Source of the DNA: Chrysomallon squamiferum
Lineage: Eukaryota > Animalia > Mollusca
NCBI GenBank assembly: GCA_012295275.1
Contig: CM022670.1
Coordinates: forward strand, 16,678,001 to 16,742,000
DNA: 64,000 bases
Reading direction: 5' to 3'
Shown here: piece after piece, positions 42,048-52,554 of the stretch
Numbering within the stretch: position 1 is the first letter of the stretch
Layout of the letters: every line of letters begins with the position of its first letter
Notes under the pieces: model-generated
What the model was told of the DNA's origin: nothing
Seen by the model: the letters and a program-made list of their open reading frames with translations, nothing else
The model's database searches: none
Position numbers and translations under genes: made by a program

Positions 42048-43975
42048 CTATGTATGTAAATATATATACATATATATAAAAATATATATATATTATCTTC
42101 AGTTTATTTATTTGATACATTTTTATATAAACCATAGTTAAACTAAAACATGTAACATAAATTTAATCAAACCAGTAAGAAATTATATTCATCTATCATT
42201 TGAGTTTTAATATTATTATTAGCTAACATACAAAATATTACATTATCATCATTTAAATACTAGTTACTTGTAGAACCAATTTTAATTACAACATAGATAT
42301 GTACACACGGATCAAAAATTCATGACCTGAAGAAGAGTATAAAAAGTAATGAACTGATAAAGCCAAAATATGAAAACTAACCAAATGCTGTCTTTGACTC
42401 TTCAATCCGGTCTCTGTCAGAAGAATCGACAATGTAAATGACTGCATGGGACTCTGCATAGTACTGAATGAAAAACAAACATGAATATGATCTGAGAAAT
42501 GAAACGTCTGTCTTAATTCATTCCAAAAGACTCCACAAAATTGTACATGCTGTGGTCAAAATTTATAATTAATTCTTCTCAACTGAATATCCTAATAATT
42601 ATGTTAACAGTTTTAGAAAACAGGAAAACAGAAATAAAAAACTGACCTTGTCCCAGAGAGACTGTAATTCCTCTTGTCCACCTAAGTCCCAAAAGTTCAG
42701 TCGTACCCGACCAATGTCAATCTTACCAACTAAAAAACAAAACAGAAATTGTCAAATTTTTTAATGTTATTACTTTTGACTTTTTATTAATGTTATGATG
42801 AAAAGAAACTCAAGATATGATAAAAGTTTTAGGATATCTTAATTTTCTTTTTACTATTAGGTTAATCAATAAAAGAAATGAAACACGAATGTATTCAACT
42901 TACTATTTAGTCCAACTGTACTTGTTATCTTTGAAAAATTCATTCCTTGGTAATTTTTGTTGAATTTTGTTTTTGTCTGCTCCAAGTATGTCTAACAAAA
43001 GAATTGAAAACTTATTAAATGTTCTTCAAGTTAATGTACTTTTGTAGTATTATTAATAGTAACAGTAGAAGCAGTTGCAGCACTAGTTGTAGTAATAGTA
43101 ACAATAGCTGTAGTAGATATAGAAGTAGTTGCAGCAGTAGTAGTAACAATAGGATCAGTAGTAGTAGTAGTAATAGTGGGATCAGTAGTAATAGTAGTAG
43201 TAATAGTAGTAACAGCAATAACAGCAGTACTGTTAGTTCTTGAGCGAGGATTGTAAAAATATGAGATGTTAAAAAAAAAAAAAAAAAATGAATAGAGAAA
43301 GAAGGACACTGAATAAAGCATAAAAATAACTCTGGCAATACAAACATGAAACCAGGATAGGAATAAAATTAAAGTTTCACCTGTATAAAAACAGCAAAGA
43401 TTATGTGCAGTTGCTTTGTGCCAATACTTTCCTACCAATACTGGTTTACATAAACAAAAGCATTTATAGATTGTGCTGGTGCAGTGGTTAACAATTATCA
43501 TAAAGTTATATTTCTAAAGTTTAAATATTCTTGTCTTGAGAAACACAACACTATGTGACTGATTTAAGTTATAAATAGGTAAGTCAGCCTTACACATGGC
43601 CTGGCTCAAACACTGTAATATTAATAATGACAATACAATAATTATAACTATAACAACAATAATAAATATTATAAATTGACATGGATAACGAAATATTAGG
43701 TGCTTTTTTATTATTATTATTATTTAAAGAAACATCCATATACATTAAATGGTGATGAATGTACAATAAAAATAAAAAATTAATAAATTTGAAATAATAC
43801 TTTCAAAACAAGTTTTGTATTGGGCTAAAACAGATGAAGTAAAAAACAGCCTTAATCAAACTGAAATGTAATTGACACTTACTGTTTTCCCAGCATTATC
43901 AAGTCCTAGAATCAAAACAAAATATTCTTCTTTTCGGAAAAGGTATTTCCACAATCCAGACAGAAGGGTATACAT
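36992..43975 (-). CDS. ARFRP1: ADP-ribosylation factor-related protein 1 (Arf-family small GTPase), 202 aa
   Basis: Exons 43975-43883 (MYTLLSGLWKYLFRKEEYFVLILGLDNAGKT, G1 P-loop), 42991-42904 (TYLEQTKTKFNKNYQGMNFSKITSTVGLN), 42729-42647 (WDLGGQEELQSLWDK, G3), 42463-42382 (YYAESHAVIYIVDSSD), 41383-41313 (GVPVMLLANKQD, G4), 41076-40976 (GVSALKG, G5) and 37082-36992 (GVDEGIRWLVDCIKRNSIERPPTQKEIT*). GT..AG with consistent phases. The N-terminal MY (no Gly2) is typical of ARFRP1. Confidence 0.97.
39980..40970. repeat. ~1-kb A-rich low-complexity (AAAAT-like) tract in ARFRP1 intron 6
   Basis: Degenerate aaaat/aaagt pentamers directly adjoining the exon 6 donor. Confidence 0.9.
43045..43240. repeat. 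Cryptic (AGT/AGC/AAT)n trinucleotide repeat in ARFRP1 intron 1
   Basis: Degenerate triplet periodicity that generates poly-S, poly-L and poly-T ORFs. Confidence 0.85.
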
Positions 43976-44343
43976 CTGAAATAACAAACGGCATGTGTTC
44001 TAGTAAGTTTTATATGATATTTAATTTTGTATTACAACTTACTGACATCATATGTAAAATAGTTGCCATCAATTTTCAATGCATTTTCGAAACATATCGT
44101 TTTTATTTGAACTACATTTTATGTAATGACCTGAGAAATAGCTAGTTTTTATTTGAACTACAATAACAACAAACAAAAAATATTGTTGAATTTACTTAAT
44201 TATGATAATAATAAATCGTTTAATTTTAATTTTAAGATACATGATTATATAATGATAATTATTATTATTATTTTTTTTGGTTCGTGTCACTGCAAATAAA
44301 GATGTACAGCTTTAAAAAATATATATATATATTTAATATTTAC

Positions 44344-44510
44344 CAGTGAAATAGGAAAACAATTAATAATTCTGTTTACGTTAATGCCATAAGTACTCGT
44401 CGTATGTAATTAAACTATCAAAAGTAAATGCACATTTTCAGTTTCCTTATTTCGCATTTTGAGTCCACTACAGAGTTATCCATCAGTCATTTCCGTTTTG
44501 TAGCTTTTCG
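44344..44510 (-). other. Putative non-coding first exon of ARFRP1
   Basis: The ATG at 43975 is immediately preceded by an acceptor (ttatttcag|ATG), which implies an upstream UTR exon. Candidate donor CTG|GTAAAT at 44343; CpG-containing stretch with an ETS-like CGGAAATG at ~44488-44495. Confidence 0.45.
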
Positions 44511-44987
44511 GGTCTCACAACAAATTTCACTGATGACAAGAATAAAATAATAAATTAATTAATAAAGAAATAAAGAAAAACAAAGAAAAATAAGAAAATA
44601 TAAGAAAAAAAAAAGCCTAATTATTTTCTATCAAATACTAAGACACAAAGACAACCTCAGAAGATTGTACAGTTTGAATTCGAATCGATGGATTCAGAAA
44701 CCATAAACCGATAATCATTAACAAAAAACAACAACAACAAAAACGACATATTAATGATTAGCAGGGCTTATATTAGTAATATAAAGCAAAAAAAAAAAAA
44801 AAAAAAAAAAATTTAAAGCATTTATAAACCAATAATTCGTACCAAAAATTTTGCTAAAGCAACAATCCAGCATTTATTAATTTAGTTAATTACAATCTTT
44901 AAAATATTAAGAGTGATAAAAATATAAATAGCCATGATATTAAAGGTAAAAACAATAATAATAATATTAATTATCTGTCTATCTTAG

Positions 44988-45030
<43 letters not shown>

Positions 45031-45299
45031 TTATCTATCTAAAACCAAAAAAGTAACAAATGTTTTTGTGGTTGTGTTGTGTGGTTTTTTCTTCAGTGAA
45101 TATACATAAAATAGCGAAATGTATAAATTCTAACAATTTAATTATAAAAATCGACCAATAAAATTATCGGACTAATAGTATTATATAAAAGTCTGAAATT
45201 AAAGGGAGAATATCAGCTACCTAAATCAATCAGTAAAGGTGAGATAACTCTTATAATCTGTAGCAGACGATAGAATGTTTTTTTATTTTTTTATCCCCA
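44500..45299. promoter_or_regulatory. Putative shared (bidirectional) promoter region between ARFRP1 and SPO11
   Basis: Divergent orientation with the two ATGs 1325 bp apart; CCAAT motifs at ~44829 and ~45155; a (TATC)n repeat in between. Confidence 0.45.
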
Positions 45300-45517
45300 A
45301 TGTCGAGTGTAAATTTGTGGGATGCTGTTGATCAGCTGCAAAAATTACTTCTACATGAGTGGCGACAAAAAAACAATTATCAAGAAAACACCAAAGGCAC
45401 AATTAACAGGTTGCCTACTTTTATTTAATTAATTTCTTTAAATAATAAAAATTTCCCCTTTTTTATTCTTTCAGAATATTAATTTTAGGTCAGTCTCAAG
45501 CTTTATGTGGGTATGTA

Positions 45518-45589
<72 letters not shown>

Positions 45590-46623
45590 CTTCAATAAAA
45601 AATAAATATTTATTTCCAGAAAAGATGTTATAGACAGAATAGAAGAAATAATTCTTGATTTAACTAAAACAATAGCTAAAGGTGAAGCACCTGTTTTGAG
45701 TTACACAAATAGATCATCATGGCAAAACATAAGGTAAATAATTTTTATTAATTTTCTTCAACTATCTTAAAAACATAATTTGGTATATAATTACTAATAA
45801 ATATTAATTAAAAAAAAAAAGAAAATAAAAGAACAAGATTAATAAAATGTTAAAAAAGCTTAAAGAATGAAAAGAAAAAATGTAGGACAATTCACAAACA
45901 GATGTAAACTAATCTCGATAAAATTATTCAAGAATCATTTTTACAAGAAGATATCATTTACTTTAGACTTTAGAGCCATCATTTTCACTAAAATGTGTTC
46001 TTCATAGTAAGAAAAAACATTAAAATAATTTTTAAATTATATATTTTCAATACAGTATTGTAGACAAATTATACAAATATTCTGAAACTGCTACATATTT
46101 ATTTATTCTCTATATCATTAATATATTGCAAGAAATACTGCCATTTTTAATATTGCAACTGAAATTTTCTTATTTTATTTTAAAAATAGATTTGATTCAT
46201 CAACTGGACTTGAACAGTCTAATGAAGTTAAGCTGACATATGTTAGATTTAACAGCTTAAATTCAGTGAAAAAATTTGGTACATTTTTTCATTTTTTAAA
46301 CTTTCGAGAATTTGTAACTTCATGGATGTGTATTAAATAATTTTTAAAGTTACTATTAACACATCTGAATGTTTCTGAAAAAAGAACATAATTTCTGGTT
46401 TTTGGTTTAAAAATGAATTTAATTTTTTCCTGTCATTGAAACAAACATTAGGAATTTATTCTGAAATCAGGTTTTGTTAGCTAAATGTTAAAATATCAGT
46501 TCCCAGTAAACAATGTTCTTGTTTCTTAATTTTTGTATTTTATCCATTTACTTTGCAATAATATTAATACAAAATCAAAAGTGAACAACACAATAAAAGA
46601 CTGAGTCTCCATATCTAGGTACA

Positions 46624-46673
<50 letters not shown>

Positions 46674-49472
46674 CCGTTGTTAAAATTGGTTAGACCAGAC
46701 TAAGTTTCTTCATTCTGTTTTCCTCTCAGGATAAACGTATTTTTATACGAGTTTACCAAACAGACACGAATACCTATTTCAAACCAATCAGGTGTAATGG
46801 CAGGACTGATCCTCAGCTCTATGCTTCCTTCAGAGGATAACTTATATAACTAAATTATAACTCACTAATTTTCTTTTCTGCTTTTGTGATTTGAACTGTC
46901 TAATGTTGTACTAAAATTCAGTTATACTATGTGTATTGCAGCTTTATAAACAATAATTTATTCTTTAACAAATTTCACAATAAATACACCCAGGTCTGAC
47001 CACAGACCAAAAAACCTTCAAAGATTGACTTTAATATATTATTAAACACACCATATTGCACATACCATTAGTCAAGTACACCAGTATAGGCAGCTATACA
47101 TAAATAGGCACAATTTACAGGCACAATATAGTAACTACTGAACACTATTTCCAGTCTAAAAAATAAATTGTTTAAAATGAAAAAAACAAAAATCAAACAA
47201 AAGAGGTAGAAAGAGAAAAAAAGAAAACTTCAACAAAATAAATAAATGTAATTGCTACCAAAACACAAAAGTGAAAAATAAGTGAATATAGAAATTATTT
47301 GTGAGACATTATACAAATTATTTTATTTCTTCTAGACAGGTGTTTAGATGAATATTTATGATGTTTTTACTGTTCAAATGCATATATATTATTTTTTTTA
47401 CTGTTTTTACTGAAATTATTTATTTTCAGCTGATGCATGATTGTTGTGATTCAGTTATACAAATTCATATGTATGAGTTAAACTCTAGCCTTAATAATTT
47501 TTTATTTATATATGTATTATTTATTTATAATTGAATGAAATATAATTAACTTATTTATTTCTTTCTAACTGCTGTTCAGATTACAAAGGTAATGCATAAA
47601 CAGCTATTGAAATGGATATATAATTTTTTCACTGAAGGTATTTTTTGTTAAATTCAGCTACTTCTGAACTAAAGAAATTTAAATAGTTTCAGATTGTACA
47701 ATGCAAATGTTTTTGTGCTTTTTCCATTTTATTTATTTGTTGGGTTTTTTGGGGGGTTAATTTCATGTGCAGGCATTATGGTAAAGGTTCTTTCAGTGAT
47801 TTATAAACTTCTTCAAGAAGATAAATATTGTACCAAAAGGTAAATAAATCTTTAATTCATGTTAATCATTTTATTTATTTATTTATTTATTTTGCTGTTG
47901 CTGTTAATGTTCTTTGCATATAATAAATTACATTAATTTAGTTATGCATTTATTCATACTTGTTTATAAATATGATTAATTATTATTACTTTTATGAATG
48001 TTACAAGAACAATTTGTTTTATTTCATTTTCTTGTCAACATAAAACCAAACAACAACAAAATAATAATAATAAATATTAAAAAATAAGGTAAAAAACAAA
48101 TAGATAAATAAATAAAAGAATAAAATATAATTACTAAATATTTATCTCCATTGGCAGAGATATCTATTATCAGTGTCCAGAACAGTTTGGATCTCAATCA
48201 GTATTAGATGGTGCTGTTGACAATATTGCTTGCATGCTTGAGGTACCAAGATGGGAACTGCATGTGGTGAGTCATTAATTATTACATATTTTAGAATTAA
48301 AAAATAGTAGAAAATGTTCTTTGCTACATTATGTAACTGGAATATTTGGTAACATTAGCAAACAACGAAAAATGTTATATTGCTTTAATATACAAGAAAG
48401 AATTTAATTTCTGTTAATTGATTTGTATTGATTTTTTACTCACCTATGTCGAAACTCTGAGAATTTAAAAGCCAAATACTTACTTCAAAGTAATATTTAC
48501 AATATGTCACAATTTTCTGCCACTTTTTATCATATGTTTAAATCATATCATTTAAAACTATCTAAAATTGATTGGTACTAAATTTCAAATAGCTTTAATA
48601 ACAACAATTATAAGAAACCTTAACAATGTTTAGAATGTAGTAAATAATCAGTTTTCCAGAGTTTTTCCATATAATAATAGAAATTGATTGTTTTATGTAC
48701 ATTTTTCAGTTAGCAACATGCAAGGGTTGTGTTGCAGGAGACCTGCAGTTCTGCAATGCTGAAGGATTGTATAATGACTGTCGATCTACAAAAAATGTGA
48801 GTTCCATTTTATCTAATGATTTCATATCTCTATTCTTAGTGTGCGCATGTTAGTAAAATTGCAATGAATAACAAATTGTCAATTGAAAATGATCATTTTT
48901 GTCTAAAACTAAAGTTTAAGCATATTGTTTGTATTTTATATAATATAATACAAATAATGTAATTAAAAACACACACACATAAACATACACACAATCACTT
49001 TCTATATATATATATACATAATTGTTTTTTAAAAAGAATTTTATTTGTCAGTTATATTTTATATTATTTATTTTTATTCAGGGAATACAGATTCCAGCAC
49101 ATTATAAAGATATTCAGTGTATCCTTATGCATAGTTAATTAATTAGACAGCAGTACTCAAACTATTGACATTAATAAATGAAACAGCACTTGAATGTATT
49201 TAATAAATTTTCTTTATATGCTTGCTAGATGAAAGTAATTTGAGAAATGTTAAGGCAAAATAATGTTGAATTCTTTTCCTGTACTATTATATATTAACTA
49301 TTTTCCTGAGTGATTTTAAGTTCTACAAACAAATGCTCGGTATGTTTTGATTATTGAGAAGGATGCAACATTCCAGAAATTATTATCTGAGAATTTTTGT
49401 GACAAGTGTGGACCATGTATTATGATCACTGTAAGTTCTATTTAATAATAATAAATAAATAAATAAATAAAC

Positions 49473-49521
<49 letters not shown>

Positions 49522-50410
49522 TAATAAATATAAATAAAAACATAATTAATTTTAAAATTTATTATACATGCATTTTTTTATAAGCTACCAATATATAATT
49601 AATTGTATTTTAATAAAATGTCTGTGATTGATTAATTTATTATTGCATTAGAAGTTAGATATATTAATAGAATATTCTCAAACCAGAAATATTTCATTAC
49701 TGATACTGTCTATGAATAGAATAAATTTTTGTTTCAAAATGAATACTGAACAAAAATGATTTAAGGATTTCAGAACTGATTAATCTCATATCTTATGCAA
49801 CATACTGAGTTAATAACAATATTATTAAACACCCCAAAATAAACCCAGAAATGCAAATGAAAAAACAACAACAACATACCCTCACCAAAAACAGAAAAAG
49901 AGCCCACAACAACAAAAATACAAGACATTTCTTAATTTTAAACTTTGTAAAAGAAAATTTCAGTTGAAGCAATAAATTTGTTAAATTACAGGGAAAAGGT
50001 TTTCCTGACATGGGGACCAGAATATTACTCCGGGCACTATGGGACAAGTTTCAGTTGCCAATGTTTGCCCTTGTTGATGCTGACCCACATGGTAAATTTA
50101 TTTCGAAAAGATGTAAATAATTACAGGTTATATATTCTGTATCAAAACTGATTGTGCTAAACATAATTAATTTTGAAGAGAAAAATTTAGGAATGATACT
50201 TTTAATATATTATTAACTACAATTGTTTGATATTTCTTTCTTCTATAATTCTTTTCTCTTTTCTTTTCTATTTTATTTTTATTTATTTTTATTTTATTTT
50301 ATTTTTTCAGCTATTAAAAATAATTGAACTTTATCTATCTCTTTATCCTTGTTATTTTATTTTAACAGGCATTGAAATTATGTCAGTTTATAAGTTTGGA
50401 TCCAAGGTAT

Positions 50411-50454
<44 letters not shown>

Positions 50455-52554
50455 CATAATAAAAATCAGTAATGCAATTATTTATATGATAAAATAATTT
50501 ATATTAAAACTGATATAAATTATTATTTCTATACTGTTCATTTTAATATAAAGAAGCAAACACATATTTTGAAAATTAACTATGCACTGGAAATTATTAA
50601 ATAAATCATATTACTCTATAAAAATGCCAACAGATAATATTATTTCTTTAAGAAAAAACTTAGCATATTTATTACCAATTCTGAAGGCTCAGGCAGCAGA
50701 AAACAGTTTTCTAGCAGTTCCAGAGATCCGTTGGCTTGGATTTTTACCCAGTGATATACACAGGTAACAGCCAATAGGTACTAAATAAATTTGTTATAAG
50801 CTAATCTTTTTCAATGTTTAAAAGATTGGAATTAAAACATCACCTCTATCCCCCCCAAAAAACAACAAAACAACAAAAAATATAATAAGAATTTGATAAA
50901 TAGTAATCCATTGGTCTGTGCTAATCATTGACAATTTCGAATTCACATTACATATAAACAAAGAAATCCTGCTTTTGTTAATGAATATTCATGATCACTT
51001 AAAAGAACATCAATTTAAAATACATATATTTACTCTGCTATGCTGCAGGAAAATGTCAGTTTCAACTGATTTTGTGATTTGAGTGTTTCATATATTTTAT
51101 TTTGAAAGAAACTGCCAACAGATGCATTTGCACTATAATTAAAATATATGCCTTGTAGCTAATTAGAGGGCCTGCAGGAATATTAATCATTGCTTTTTCT
51201 TTATAAATGAGATTTTGTTGTCAGGAAGTATTGAAAGACTTGAGGCAATAACTTATAAATAGATTAGTTTTTTCCCTTTTCTTTTAAAATTCCAAAGTAG
51301 TTGTGCTGTTGTTGACCTTTCATTAGCATCTGTATTGAAACTGTTTATTTTTGAACACATATTTTTTTTCTGTTGTTTTAACTGTTTAGTTATAAAATTG
51401 TAAATAATAGTTTGTCTTAAAAATGGTTTCATCTGTTAAATTTTTTAAGTTAAATGCTTACTTTTGTTAATGCACCTAATTTTTACACAGTCTTACTATC
51501 TCTATAGAGGATCAGTAACACTAATTTTTAATTAATTAAGACCAACAGAGGATTTTACTCCATAATTATGTTTGTCCTAAATGCAAATTTACTTCTAACA
51601 TTTATTTCTTTTACTTTCTGCAAAAACATTTTTTTTGTTTAGTACAGTTTTATAGGTGTAACATCCAGGAAAATACTTTTATTTCCAGGTTTGGGTTTTA
51701 TTCTCATAATTTACTTCTATTTTATTTTTTTTTTTTTGCATGTATTTTTCAATACAATTACACAGGTGTAATATCCAGGAAGACAGTTTGATTCCCATGT
51801 CAAAGAGAGATATGGACAAAGCATATGAATTGCTAGGCAGACCGTATGTGCAGTCCAACTGGAATTTATTAGAACAGGTTAGTTAATCAGTTAGTACATA
51901 CTTGAGATTAGTTAGCAGATTTGTAAGTAGATACACCAAAGCAGTGACAGCAATCACAAGAGGTGATAAATGGTATCTAAAGCAAACTGTTTTGATTACA
52001 GTAATTATTAGCACATTTTTGTACCTGTCAGCCATAATCTACTGAGGGTTTAGATAAAAGCAAACTGTGAAGAATAAACTGTGTAAATATATTTGTTTTC
52101 TTAATTTAGAAATATCTTAACAGTAACTGAAATTTAAAATTATTTTGTCAAAAAAACAAATATATTTTTTTTATCTGAAAAGTATTTTTCTCTAAAATAG
52201 CAAAATCTTATGAATTTCTACAAGCTACTTACTTATGTGCTAATCTTATTAATTGTATTTCAAATCTATACCTCATATGTTCAGTTAAAAAAGTGTAGTA
52301 TTTATTTTAATTCAAGTATGCTCTAAATATTCTCTGTATATACTTCATTTTATTTTTCTTCATTAAGTTCTAATTTTTGTATTGTTAAAAAGTTTTTGTA
52401 TATTTTTTTTAATTAAAAATGATATTGTTTACAGATACAAATCTTGATAGAGATCGGGAAAAAGGCAGAAATCCAGAGTTTAGATGCAACATCATCTTCT
52501 CACCTTTGTGAAGTATATATTCCAGTAAAGCTCAAATCTGGAGGCTGGATATAA
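45300..52554 (+). CDS. SPO11: Meiotic recombination protein SPO11 (topoisomerase VI A-like), about 389 aa
   Basis: Exons 45300-45409, 45620-45733 (VIDRIEEIILDLTKTIAKGEAPVLSYTNRSSWQNI), 46190-46278, 47773-47839 (CTKR), 48158-48266 (DIYY, catalytic Tyr), 48710-48796 (KGCVAGDL), 49082-49118, 49321-49430 (LIIEKDATFQKL, TOPRIM), 49992-50091 (GKGFPD; LVDADPHG, DxD), 50369-50406, 50687-50763 (IRWLGFLPSD), 51766-51877 and 52435-52554 (KKAEIQSL; YIPVKLKSGGWI*). 1170 nt in total, all phases consistent. Exon 1 start is the least certain part. Confidence 0.97.
45518..45588. repeat. (CA)n microsatellite in SPO11 intron 1
   Basis: Pure CA run. Confidence 0.95.
49119..49320 (+). other. U12-type GT-AG intron, SPO11 intron 7
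   Basis: 5' splice site GTATCCTTAT. Branch-like TTTTCCTGAG ends 10 nt before the 3' end of the intron, and there is no long polypyrimidine tract. CAG-T joined to TT-CTA keeps the frame. Confidence 0.85.

Noticed and set aside
43015-43501. Poly-L, poly-S and mucin-like poly-T ORFs
   Set aside because: They derive from an intronic trinucleotide repeat. The ARFRP1 CDS is complete without them.
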